Shown piece by piece: positions 33,657 to 45,965 of a stretch of DNA of 64,000 nucleotides. A program made the translations under genes and the position numbers. Location of the stretch: the NCBI GenBank assembly GCA_024704765.1, contig JAKMXF010000362.1, positions 1-64,000 of the forward strand, written 5' to 3'. The DNA comes from Oopsacas minuta. Taxonomy: Eukaryota; Animalia; Porifera. The stretch's first letter is position 1; each line of letters opens with the position of its first letter. The notes under the pieces are model-generated. The model saw only the letters and a program-made list of their open reading frames with translations. It was not told where the DNA came from and ran no database searches.

Positions 33657-34577
33657 ATGATTCAGCCCTCACTTCACAACTTCATACAGAAAGAGTCCCC
33701 TGAGGTTAGCTCCAGCCGGATGGGGTCTATGGAAGGAGAGGTATTGGCGCCTAAAGGTGTAGCAGTTGATAAGTATACAGATAACATATATGTAGCTGAT
33801 GAGGGGAATAACAGAATACAGATGTTTGACAGGTTAGGAGATTACCAGTTCTCATTCGCTAGGTACAGCTCACGTAGTATGCCCTACGGTATTAAGGTGT
33901 TAGAAGGATTAGTATTTGTAACACAGTACAGTGGTAGGACTGTGTGTATCTACACGACAGAGGGTGATTTTGTGAGCAATACAGTATATAGCTCTCTCTT
34001 CTGGCCTACTGGAGTGGAGGTAGAGATTACTCCTGAGGGAGATTTGTGTCTGTATGTTTGCTCATCCGCCACCAGTTGTATATTTGTACTCAGTAACAAT
34101 GGAAACAGAGTTATGGAGGGAACTACTAGAGGACAGTTTATACAACCAAAAGATGTGAAGGTATTACAAGATAAATTGTTTATATTAGATCTACGTGACC
34201 CGTGTCTCCACGTGTTCTCTCTAGAGGGTGTTTATCAGAGAAGTATGATCAGTAATGGTATAAGTAGAGATGTAGCAGGTCCTCTGTTTTTCTGTGTAGA
34301 TGAGTCTGGGTTTCTTATTATAGGAGACAATCAGTCTAGTAGTGTTAAGGCATTCTCACTAGACGGAACACTCCTGCATGAGGTAGGTGTACATAGTCGA
34401 GATAGTGGGAGGTTTGTGAGGAGTTCCTCCCTCATGAGTCATCTCGTACACTTTGGTATGAGCTCTAGAGTGTCAAGAGAGGGACTAGTGAAAACTCCGA
34501 GAGGAGTAGCACTAGACTCTAAGCAGAGATTGGTAGTTATAGGACTGATGAAGCAGGGATGTTTGCAGATATTCTGA
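33657..34577 (+). CDS. Stand-alone NHL-repeat beta-propeller protein, 306 aa
   Basis: PKGVAVD..NIYVADEGNNRIQMFD, PYGIKV, PTGVEV, PKDVKV, PLFFCVD..IIGD and PRGVALD repeats. Confidence 0.88.
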   Translation: MIQPSLHNFIQKESPEVSSSRMGSMEGEVLAPKGVAVDKYTDNIYVADEGNNRIQMFDRLGDYQFSFARYSSRSMPYGIKVLEGLVFVTQYSGRTVCIYTTEGDFVSNTVYSSLFWPTGVEVEITPEGDLCLYVCSSATSCIFVLSNNGNRVMEGTTRGQFIQPKDVKVLQDKLFILDLRDPCLHVFSLEGVYQRSMISNGISRDVAGPLFFCVDESGFLIIGDNQSSSVKAFSLDGTLLHEVGVHSRDSGRFVRSSSLMSHLVHFGMSSRVSREGLVKTPRGVALDSKQRLVVIGLMKQGCLQIF

Positions 34578-35915
34578 GGACTTCCAATTATTTGGACATT
34601 CTTTATATAATTTGTATACATTTTTAACACTATGGTCATATCCTTAGTATACTTTCCGAGAGAATATTTTACGAAGTTCTGCTATGTAAATTGTACGTAA
34701 CGTTTCTTTGTGTGAACTATCATAATGTATTGGGGCAGTTTCTCTCAGATCCCCTTTCTTTAGCTAATTCTAATTATCTATAACACTACTGCTAAAGTAT
34801 TATTTTTGGAATATACTTGTAATACATTATCTGGCCATCAATTCGATATATGTCATCAACTCATTGAAATATATAAATTGTATCTGATTGATCAGAACAA
34901 ACTAAATTGTCCTGAACAGGTGTACTCAATTTTGGAGTCTGCTGATTTCATTTATTGTAATCACGTGTTATACTTCTTGGGTACTGTCAAATTAGCTCCA
35001 CCTTCCTCATCAAGTTTTCTGCCGCTCATAAATATTGCCATTAATTCACCATATACAGAATTCAACTACAGAATATATTTACTAACTCAAGTGATTTAAA
35101 TCCTAATGTACTAATAATGTAATAACACTAGTGGGTAACGCTTATAAGAATATCAATGCATTTTTGCCATTACTAATTTCTAACTCAGGATTTTAGTTTG
35201 ATCGAGTACTTCGTATGCTCGTTAGCTATGCTCAATCTAACGTGCAATTAACAACATTGCTTAAGCCAGGAAATATTACAGAATATACACACCCACGTAA
35301 CTATAACCTGTTCACTGACCATATTTTCCTGTACCATGGATATACTGTAAGTTTATTAAATTTGCTTGGCAATTTTAAATATTCTCGATAATATCGAATT
35401 GAATTTTGGCTTGAATAAATGTATTATTTTTGATAGATAATAATCAACACATCATCCAACAAGTCCCAGTTCTTAAGACTTCATCTGTTTGGTTAAAAGC
35501 GCAATATGTTGTTAATAATCTCCTCATTAAGATCGGAGAAACGATCACTAGTGCGTCTTTGATTTCAGAATTACTTATCAAGTGATCTGAGGATGTTTAT
35601 ACAAAATATACAATTTTTGTTATCATAAAGTTGTCACGTTATTGTTTTATACTATATACCATGGATGGCACATTTTGGGCCAATATCCACTTATAACTCG
35701 ATTGTCGCTGAAGTTGTAGTTAAATCAGTCCTGATAATATGTATTACATACCTAACCGCGCCCACATGCTCATATGGGCATCATTTGAAGCTGAAACAAG
35801 TCTCTCATTAACAGGGGCTTATTTATTTATTCTATATCTGTTATTCCGAAGTCTTGTTATTTCCCTCGAGAGTTCTAATTAACGGATTGTGAACATGAAA
35901 ATATTCAGCTATTAG

Positions 35916-38900
35916 ATGAGCTCAGATAAACACAAGCCTACAGACCACCACTGTCTGAGTATGCACTGGGCATACGGACTCAACACTCAGGTACCAGCAC
36001 ATAACATGACCCTATCAGATTCGAGGACTAGTGTGCTATACTCATGTTCTAACACAGCTGTATGGTATGATTGTCTTGCTGAGAGGGAGGTACTATTACA
36101 AGGACACCGTAATGAGATTACCTGTGTAGCTGTCAGTGCTGATAAGAAGTGGGTAGTAACAGCTGATGCTCAGGAGACAGTGTCTAGTTGTTCTGTTATT
36201 GTATGGGATATGAGAGTGATGGACAGGGAGAAGGGACCGGAAGCTACCCCTGTACAGGTGTTAATTAATTAATTTACTACAAGTATGGCCTTTATTATCA
36301 GGGCCAAGGCAGCGCTTAATGTGGCCCTGATAATATCGATAATAGTTACATGCTTTTTATATCTAAATATTAGTAACTACTCTATGTTAATATGGTAAGG
36401 TTGAAACCACTCGAACGAAATACACATCAGTATTCATGATAGTAGCCTTACCGAATACTAATACATACAGTAATTAACTCAACCATATGCTGATTACTGA
36501 ATTATTAGGTTGCAACCTTTGGTACATATATCTATATTATTCAATCTCAAGGATTGTTTGTTTGTCCGTTGTCAAGGAAAGGATTTGTGGTATGCACTTT
36601 TCTATTTCCGCATAACTATGTATTTATCGTGTTTATAAAAGAAGTAAATAGAATTCAATAAAACTTCACTAAATATATCGAACATGATGAATCCGATTTC
36701 ACACTTTTGGATTAATCATATGTAAATTTATTGTTGTTTTTTGAATATAAAGTAAACAAATTTCAAAATTGAGACAGAATCATAATTTCAACGACTATCC
36801 TGGGGTAATCGAGTATGCTGAGTCTGAATATTGTAAACAACATCAATATTATTAGATCTCAATTGTTGTTTGTCTGTTTGTTTGTGCGTTGAATACCTCG
36901 AGGCGTAATGCGCCAAGTTCATCACGAAGCGACGAGCCAAAGGCTCGTTACAATAAATATGTAAATTTAACCGTTAGAGCTTTAACAGCATATTCATTAA
37001 CTAGGACAGTTATAATATAATTTCTCTGTTCTGAAGTGGCCCGAGTAACCAAATTCAAGTTCAAATTTAACTTATTTAAGTAGCTTCCTGTCTTTTATAG
37101 ATTCTCTATAAGCCCTTATACGGAGGTTGCACCTCAATAGACCTCAACTCAGACTCCAAGTTCCTAGCTACTCTCAGCTGTGCAGGACAGCAGGGAGAGG
37201 AGATAGGTTCTCAGGTCCTGTCTATCTGGGAGTGGAGTGTATCAGATCCCTCTCCTCTACACGAGGTCATACTCAATGACATATCAGCTGGCGGACAGCT
37301 GATGCAGGTATCAGTAGATTCATGTTGTAATGTTAAGGGATGCTCAGGACTATGTAATACTGTAGATAGGGTTTTCGCTTATTAGTCTTTCATTATGCGC
37401 CTTCTTCAAGGCCAGTAAACCATAACCTGATTATATCCTGATCCCTGTACAGAGCAGTCACACCAACCTAGGCCACGGACAAATTCTGTGCACCCTTTGG
37501 GATGGCACTATCGAGATTTAGAGGTTATTCTCTATATTATATTCATAAATCAATCTTCCCTATTATATAGGTGTTATTCAACAAGTCAGACAACTCTCAG
37601 CTGCTCTGTACCGGCAGGAGTGAGGTAGCGTTTGTAGAGTGGAATAAACTGTCTTATAAATCCTCAGTACAGACTGCATCAGGACAGGATTTCAATAGAG
37701 CAATTGGAGAGTTTACTCTCTCTCAGTTCGTCCCTGACTCTCCCAATGTCCTCACACTGACGTCAGAGGGGAACATTCTCGTGTGGACCTCTCCCTCTCA
37801 GGTAGGAGTCCAACTGAAGAGAGTATTGAAGCTGTACCAACACTCAGAGGGTGTAGCTCTCACATGTATACAATCTCTATACAGTTATCTAGTGCTGGGT
37901 AATGCTAGAGGGGAGGTTAGCTTTCTAGACAGAGACCTGAAGCTAACTCAGTGGAAAGAGAAGGTAGCAGCTGGTCCTATAAACTCCATTTCATTCGCTA
38001 TGTCTGTCTCTGAGAGGAAACTACAGAAACATCAACTACCTAGGGAGACTACTATTCAGCAGAGCAAATTCTCTGTGCCTAACTTCATGGCTGGTTTGTA
38101 CATGTAATGTTATATACTATATTAGTTTATAGAAGGATGCTCATTATCATTTGATTTCTAGAATTTACTCTAATACGCTTAAATTCTATTGTAGAATGCT
38201 TAGCAGAACAGTAGACTGTAAGTCACGAGTAAACTTAACGGAACTTGGGTTGCCCAGTTTAGTACTAAGTTGTACCGACAGTTAATACGACACCGCATAA
38301 TTGTGACAATTCAGTTCCTCCCTATCAAGTGTATATCCTTATTATCCGAAAATCTTAGCATTATCTATATGCATATCAAGGTTTGGCAACGATATAGTGG
38401 TTATGAAAAAATATCGAAATTTTCAATATTTTGATTTCCGATATTTTTCTATTTTTAGAAATATCGAACCGATATCATCACATTGGGAATTTTCGGATAT
38501 ATAGAATCGTATCGGAGATTATGAACCAATATCGATATTTACCAGAACTTGTGCATATATATGCGCTGTATCTGAATCTTCCATGAATAGTTCCTGTTAA
38601 CTAACACACTATTTACTACAGGTACCATGGATTCCGAACTTGTACATGTGACAGGAGACGGACACAGTATTGACAAATTGAAGGAAGAACACAGCTCCTT
38701 TCTGTGTGCTCTATCTGCCCATCCCTCTCAAGATTTGGTAGCGATGGGTGGTTATAGCGGTAAGCTTAAAGTATGGGACTACACCAGACATAAAGTACTA
38801 GCTACTCGTCAGTTCCCATCTGATTGTCTGGTGTTCTGTCTGACATATGACAGCTCAGGAGGAGGACTAGCAGTAGGAATGTTAGATGGTACTCTGTACG

Positions 38901-41900
38901 TATTAGACTCTATAACGCTATGTACAGTCTCTGGTCCTTTAAAGTTCTCACATGAGTGTGTGACTAAGATCGTGTTCTCACCTGATAACCGATACTTAGC
39001 GCTGTGTGATGCAGACTGTTGTGTTGTTGTATTCTCAGGAACAGCTGCTGTAGGTGGTTCTAATGGAAAGACTGTTGATTGGACATATTCTTATCTAGGT
39101 AGTTACATTGTTGGGGATATATAATTTAGTACGATGTGTGTATCGCTTATAAGAACACCGGTTATAAGAACATATTTTGCTACTCTCAAGGGTGTTCTTA
39201 TCAATAAAATTCTCGTAAATATACAACTACCTAAACTAAGTGGCTTTCGTATTTGAAGCTTTAAGCTACCGACAGGATCCACGGGAGATTAGAGTTGCCC
39301 CTCGATTTTTTTTGGGCAGCTGCTTCTCCTTTCCTTTGTGTACCACGCTAATTCTGAAATTCATATTCCTTATTATGAGTATGCTATCTAGTAGTATTAC
39401 AAGTTGTATTAACTAAACCTGTATCTTATAGCTAAGTACAGATCTCACTACAAGCCAATAGTAGATATCCTCTTCTACTCAGAGGGTGGTAAGAACCCGA
39501 TCTCTCTCTATTCCCTAGGCTGGGACCGCCTCCTTATACGTTACGACCTAGCCACTACATCAGAGAACGATCTAGTAATCGGAGAGATGGTACGTATAGA
39601 ACAGTCAGCTTGTCCTACCTGCTTCCTGCCTTACCCCCCTCTAACCAAGGAGTCATTCTTCCTTGTTGCTAACAATCAATTCAAACTACGTCTCTACAAC
39701 TCTTCTACTGCTATGTGTAGACATACTGTATTAGGTCCTGCTTATGGAGACCCCCTACAGCGTATGGTGATGCTACCCCAGCCTGTAGTCCGGTCTAAGA
39801 AGGGAGAACAGGTCACCAGATACATGGCCTTTATAACTCATGATAAAGTTGGTATGGCAGTAATACCTCTGTCTGGTAACCCGTATCACTACATGGCTAC
39901 TATTGCACATCCTGGACAGGTTTGTGATATTATATAAATACGAGTCGCTTCGCTTGCTCCCGCTACGGTTTGCGGTTTTTATAACCTTGAATGTCTAGAA
40001 TTCGGATTCAGATTCCTTTGATATCTATCTATAGCCGTTAAGAGCAAGTATCTACCTATATTTTGAGATTTCGACTATTTGTTTACTTCATATTCATAAA
40101 AACAACAAATAAATTTACATATTATTAATTTAAAAGTGTAAAATCAGATTCGGCATTTTCAATATATTTAGTCCATTTTTGTATAATTTTTTCTACTTTC
40201 TTGATAAACACGATAAATGCATAGTTGTAGAATTGAGAAACTCGAATTCAATATAGCATTCCATAATCCTTTCGCTGACAACGGACAAACAGACGAACAA
40301 CAATTGATATTTACTAATATAGATTGCTTTGTTGAACAGATTTAAATAATCTCTCCCCGAAATGCGTTAAAGGGTCATTTTACTCATTTTGCGTTGATAA
40401 GATCCGTAAATGACTCGCTGTGACTATAATACAGGTTTTCCAAGTATGTTATTTGTCATACTGCACAGTGACCTCCCTAAAGATTGTGGCATAGTTCTTG
40501 CTGTAACAACTTTGGAGGCTCGAAAGATTTACTTTATAATCCACATATCTTAACTTTGGGGACTAATTGATGGATCGCGCATGGAGTTTGATTACCTGCT
40601 GCTGTGTTTAAGCACTGTGAGAATCGATAAAGTAGCTGACAACAAGCAACTAGAAATAACTATCCATTTATGATTCAAAGGCATAATTATCTCTCAGACC
40701 AACAGCTTAACAGAGCACCAGCCCCTGAGGAAATAATCATAGATTGAGAATACGGAAGTTTGTGACTTGAATATTACTGCCTTCTAAGCGGATATCGTGG
40801 TCCCCCGTTAGAGAGAAGTAGTCGAACGAAATATGATATTATTTAAATAGCGGGCATGGACTAGGTCGTATATATGTGTAATTCCGAAATTTTAATCAAC
40901 TTTACCTCATTGTCCTCTGTTAATTCTGACCCACCCTTACCCCTTGCTCTGTTTGTAACTGTTCTGATCATCGAAATTTCAGAGCTCTACCATTTCCACT
41001 TTTAACTGAATTATAAAATACAGAGGATGCAGAATCCTCTTAGCTACTTCTGGGTTGACGGGTCACAGTAATATAATTCGGTAAGATCAAATACGATAGA
41101 TGTCGCCGAACACTGAACCAATCACACTTGATTGATAATGTATCTTTCTGAAACCGCAGATGCATCGAGCATACGTTTTGTATTTTCAGAAATGTGAGTA
41201 GGATTGTGGCTTGATAACAGGTAGTATTTCCCTCAGGAATCCGATGTATAGACTCTACATTATACTCAACTGATTCTGATAACCAAACCGCGTACCGTAA
41301 ACTGGGGCTACTTTGGCCCACTGGGTTTGCTTTAGCCCAAACATCAAAGTTTCAAAGAAAATAGATTAGATTCAGTATTATACTTGAAAATGACTAGCCA
41401 AATATTTAAGGAATTTTCAAATATTGGTAGACAATTTCGAATACAAATACAATATCTATTCGATAAGTAAGGAAATTTCAATATTTGGGCCAAAGTAGCC
41501 CCAGTTTGCGGTAATTTAACGACGTAAATGCGTTAAATGACACGATTTACCGAGAATAGTGTAGCTAATGTCCTAAGAGCCTCAGAGGAATAATATGGTG
41601 AATTTGTTTAGCACTGTAATTTAGGCATAAATCCAAACAATCTTTTTGTATAGTACATTGAACCTGCAAACAATACCTGTACGACTCCTGTACGACTCCT
41701 GTACGACACCTGTATGTATAATCCGCAAGACAGTATAATAATTAAACAGTATTTATAGTCTAACTCTGAATAAGATTCCAACAATGGAAATTCTCTTGTA
41801 TTATCCTACACTATCTTACGTCTCGGCTAATACTTTCTTTAGCTATTACAATGATAGTCAGTATCGTTATGTATTGTAAAAATAATTTAGGTAGTGAACC

Positions 41901-44900
41901 TAGTAACGAGTCACGACGGTAGGTATGTGTTCACAGCTGGTGGAGAGGACTGTTGTGCCTTCCAATGGAGAGTTAACCCAGGTATTCTGGAGGCACACCT
42001 CCGTTTGGGAGGTACTGATATGAATCCGTTCTACGAGCTGCTAGAAGGAGGACGTAGTGGAGAGTTCTATAGGGAAATGGAAGAACAGTTCTACTATGCT
42101 CAGCTCAGAAGTCAGGGCATAGAACACAACTCTGAGAGACAGGTTAGTGTTGTAATGATATTTTCACAACTTTACTATACCATGGACCTCATAACTACCA
42201 GGACAGTCAACAAATATTGAATCTATACCAAGTTATGTGTTTTATAGTTCATATCTCGAAAACCGTTAGTTCTATTGGTGTAAGCGACATGTGGCATCCA
42301 TGGTTGCAACTATAACTCTGGAACGTGCAAACATTATCAAATTAAATTTAGATATTTTGCATGAAAATAGCATTAGATCACTTGAATACATTATGCAATC
42401 GGAAATCTATTAATTGACACTTTGTATAGAGTCAATATGAGATGACTGTCCAGGTAGTTTACCGTAAGAATACGTATTAACAATGAATTATTAGTACGAT
42501 CATTTCATATTCATAAGCACGATCTATGACAATATCGCTTCAAACATATCACTAAGCTGAAACCAAAATACAATTACAATTATGAATACGATTTGTATAA
42601 AGTATTTCCCTGAGCCTGAAGCTAGGAAAAGGCTCCAAAACACGTGAATATAAACTTATCACCACCCTCTAGAAGAATTTGTTAATGAAATTTATGCCTC
42701 ATTTAACTATGCAACAGATTAGGAAAATATTTTCCCAAAATCATTTGTATTTTCAAAAATTGTAAATTAACAAACTGGTAATAAATGTGTAGACCTTAGT
42801 TCCAATTCTCTGACACATAATCTCCTGTTTGGAATTATAGCTATTCTTTGGATCTGATAGAACATTCCTTGTTGATGTTCCTCTCTTCCTATCGTGTGTA
42901 TGAGATTACCTTCTGGAGAGAATACCCCAATTGAGTGAAAGCCTTCATCGCTAATAACAAAGTTGTTGACATGATCTAGACAGAATAAGTAAGGGAATAG
43001 CACATCAATTCCTTGTCTTCTGGAAATGAGGGAGCTTAGCTTGCGATTGTCTCTCTCTAGGATTAGCACGAACATACACGGGTTATTAGATTGAGACAGT
43101 ACGTGGACAAGGTCATTTGCACTTTAACTGATTACGGCCAAGTGTTACGTTCGTGATGAAAAGGAACAGCAAAATCTCCACTTACGAAATCAACATTAGA
43201 ACTAAGGTCTATGGCTATGCCAAGTACGTTGCATACTTGTATGTCAAAACCCACAATTCAGCTACATATCTGCCAGACCATTAATAGTAAGTATACATAG
43301 TTTCTACCACACAACAATATACACTATTATTGTTACTGCTATCTGCTATGATCACATAGCCAATAGAATATTTTGTTGGTATAATGGGTAATGCAATTGT
43401 CCGTTGTTTGACCCTCACTTCTTATCATCCTTACAAGACTCATGTCAGTTAGTGTGAATTGACTTACAGTGTGTTCCCATCACCTGCTAACATACACATT
43501 CCCTCCGTAAATATCGATACCGTATAGGCTAGCTGTCTTACACCCAGCTGATTGAGGTACTCTCCTGTATCAGAGATTATTTCTCCTCTGTCATCCTACG
43601 ATTAGCTACGAATATTAGGGTAGCTTCATGTATAGCTACATCTGATGGATATTTCAACTCGCCAAGACCTGAACCCTCCTTCCCAGTAGCAACAGGACAT
43701 TTGAAGCTTAGCAAAATTTGGAGCACCTACTGGTACCTGTACGATGTCACGAGTGTCGTACAGCCACTCCAATCGGGTCTCTAGGGGAATGCTATTTCGC
43801 AGTTCTCACAATATTCCCTCCATTTATCCAAAATCCTCTCCTGCATGGACTGGAGGGAATTTTCTCTTTCGTCTCCTTCGAGGTGTGCTTTTGCCCCTGT
43901 CAGTTGGGCTATCATTTGGTTTCGAGCAATCTCTGCGGCTGTCATCTATCGTGTGGTTGTGTGTGACTCTAAGGGGTCTGGGACTTGTGGAGCATAGCGT
44001 ATTGTTCTGTGATATTGATTAATATTGGAATAGTTGATGAGTATGAATTGGTTGCCAGGGATAATTAATCTTGTAAATATTTAGGTTGAAGTATGATTCT
44101 GTTTTATTGCTAGGATACTGGTCATGTTGTGCTCGTTGCTAGGATACTATAAAGAATGTGGTTTAAAGTTCTTTCTTAGAAATTTGTTTGTGTAATTGCT
44201 ACATTAAAAAGTTTGAATTACCAAACATCAAATTTTTGCAATTATTCTTGAGTGGAAGTTTTACATTATCAATGTAGCGAAAAAACAATGAGTGGCAGCA
44301 GCGAAACAGGATTTCCACTGCATTACTTAATAGAACCCCTATGTAGGTTAGTACTACCATCTTTATTGATCAGATTCCTAGTGTGTTAAGAGCTCTGGGG
44401 TTTTTCCCATCTGAGCAGGAGATAGCTGATCTATTAAATGAAGTAAAGTTCTCTGAATACGTTGAAACAGGACAGCACTCCACTAGCATTGATCTAGAGG
44501 GATTCATTCGCCTGTTTGTTAATCACCGTCCAGCATATGGGTTGCATCCTTTCCACCTAGAGGAAGCACTGCAGCTGTTAGGAGATGGAGCAGATGGTGT
44601 AGATAGAGGAGAGTTCCTCGAGATGTTAGAGAATGGAGGAGAGCGAATGACAGAAGCGGAGCTAGCTGACTGTCTAGCTACAGTACTAGGTTTGTATAAA
44701 CTATACAAATATATAATACAACACTACTGTACTTACAGTTGTAATATATTATTTGAATTAATTTATACATTTATTGCCTCTAATTAAGTAGCTATGTCGT
44801 TCAGAATTTGTGACTTGTGTTTTAGGTTATACAATTGCTGCTGTTTGCGGAGGTTTTATTTGAGTGACTGAATGGTGAAATCTGGTTGTATTCACTTCAA

Positions 44901-45288
44901 TTGGATACAATTATTGCTTCATTCTTTGATATTACATAACGTAGTTAGTATTTTCAGATACTGACAATTCGTCCCAGACAGTCTTGAATCAAATCATTTT
45001 GGGTATACTCTAGTTATGGAGTGTAGATATTCAATGGAGTAGTCATTGTCATTTAACGAAATGTCATTGACCGAAATATATTTTCTGACAGATTCCACCA
45101 TTCAGTTAATCCCTGTTTTTATTTTTATTTCTAAACTTATAATAGTAAATTCTCTAGGCTTAACATCCGGAGATGATCCCGACCTAACTGATCCACCCTC
45201 TTCTATCGATGATGACAGCTTCGGGACACTTCTTCCTGAAGAAATAACAGCTGACAAATTATCAGAAAAGTTATTAGGAGTAAACTAG
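35916..45288 (+). CDS. CFAP251: Cilia- and flagella-associated protein 251 (WDR66), 8 exons
   Basis: Exons 35916-36257, 37101-37307, 37571-38093, 38622-39098, 39432-39919, 41891-42142, 44347-44689 and 45158-45288, all GT-AG with consistent phase. Motifs: LQGHRNEITCVAVSADKKWVVTAD, YRSHYKPI, PPLTKESF, LGPAYGDP, PFYELLEGGRSGEFYREMEEQFYYAQLRSQG, RALGFFPSE, EF-hand-like tail and LPEEITA. Confidence 0.92.
36531..36830 (+). mobile_element. Helitron-like repeat, 5' portion (CFAP251 intron 1)
   Basis: A|TCTATATTATTCAATCTC...GTTTGTTTGTCCGTTG followed by the family core. Confidence 0.6.
36843..36947 (+). mobile_element. 105-bp minimal Helitron-like element with both termini
   Basis: A|TCAATATTATTAGATCTC...(GTTT)n...CGAAGCGACGAGCCAAAGGCTCG|T; 5' TC, terminal hairpin, A and T flanks, no TSD. 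Confidence 0.6.
38377..38551. mobile_element. P-superfamily-like MITE with 7-bp TSD (CFAP251 intron 3)
   Basis: Starts CAAGG and ends ...CTTG; flanked by the direct repeat TGCATAT (38370-38376 and 38552-38558); GATATC/ATCGA-rich interior. Confidence 0.65.
39940..40323 (-). mobile_element. Helitron-like repeat, full length ~384 bp (CFAP251 intron 5)
   Basis: Both family ends present: 5' TCTATATTAG at 40323 and 3' GCGAAGCGACTCG|T at 39940. Confidence 0.6.
41295..41511. mobile_element. pogo-like MITE, 217 bp (CFAP251 intron 5)
   Basis: 26-bp TIR CCG(T/C)AAACTGGGGCTACTTTGGCCCA with 1 mismatch, TA on both flanks. Confidence 0.8.
42767..43930 (-). pseudogene. Coiled-coil plus NHL-repeat pseudogene nested antisense in CFAP251 intron 6
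   Basis: Minus-strand fragments in shifting frames: ARNQMIAQLTGAKAHLEGDERENSLQSMQERI; VATGKEGSGLGELKYPSDVAIHEA; GIDIYGGNVYVSR*WEHTVSQFTLTD; NPCMFVL...LFCLDHVNNFVISD...HTIGRE. Confidence 0.75.
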
Positions 45289-45965
45289 TAATACCGATTA
45301 CTTTGATTTGAGATGTCTGTATTTATCCACTTCATCTATTATATCTATACTGTAAAACGCGATTAATCTTACAATCGAACCTCCGAGCTACGGGCAGTGT
45401 CATCGTAAGTTATCCAGAGATTAGAATTATCCTAATCTCAGAAATGACACTAACTCTATGACTACCATATTCTAAACGCAAATTCGATATGCATTTATTA
45501 TGTAAATAAGATTTTATCCAGGCGTCTATTAATGTGTTTGACATTAAAAACAGAAAATCCCAATTATGTAGACATTACTAGAAAATGTGCAAAACAATGA
45601 ACGGATTCAATATTTTTGCCCGAATTTTGGGAAGTGCTCAGATCTCAGAGGTTCTGCTTAATACGTGTATATATACGCAAGGGCGTTAACTTGGAATCGA
45701 TCCATGGAATATACATACATACATATAAATTATTTTTGTGTTTGTGTGGCGACTATATCCCTTTCTTTTAGCGATAAAGAACATTAAAACAAATTTAGCT
45801 GTTTCACACTTAATACGAAATCCGTGGCACAAAGTTCCGAGCTGTTGACAGTAGCTAGCGAAGAGAAAATATAATAAATGTAGACTATAGACAATTATGA
45901 TACAAGATAACTACATATAACACAAAGTAGAGTAAATTCTGGTAATATGTTACTCCATCAAACTT

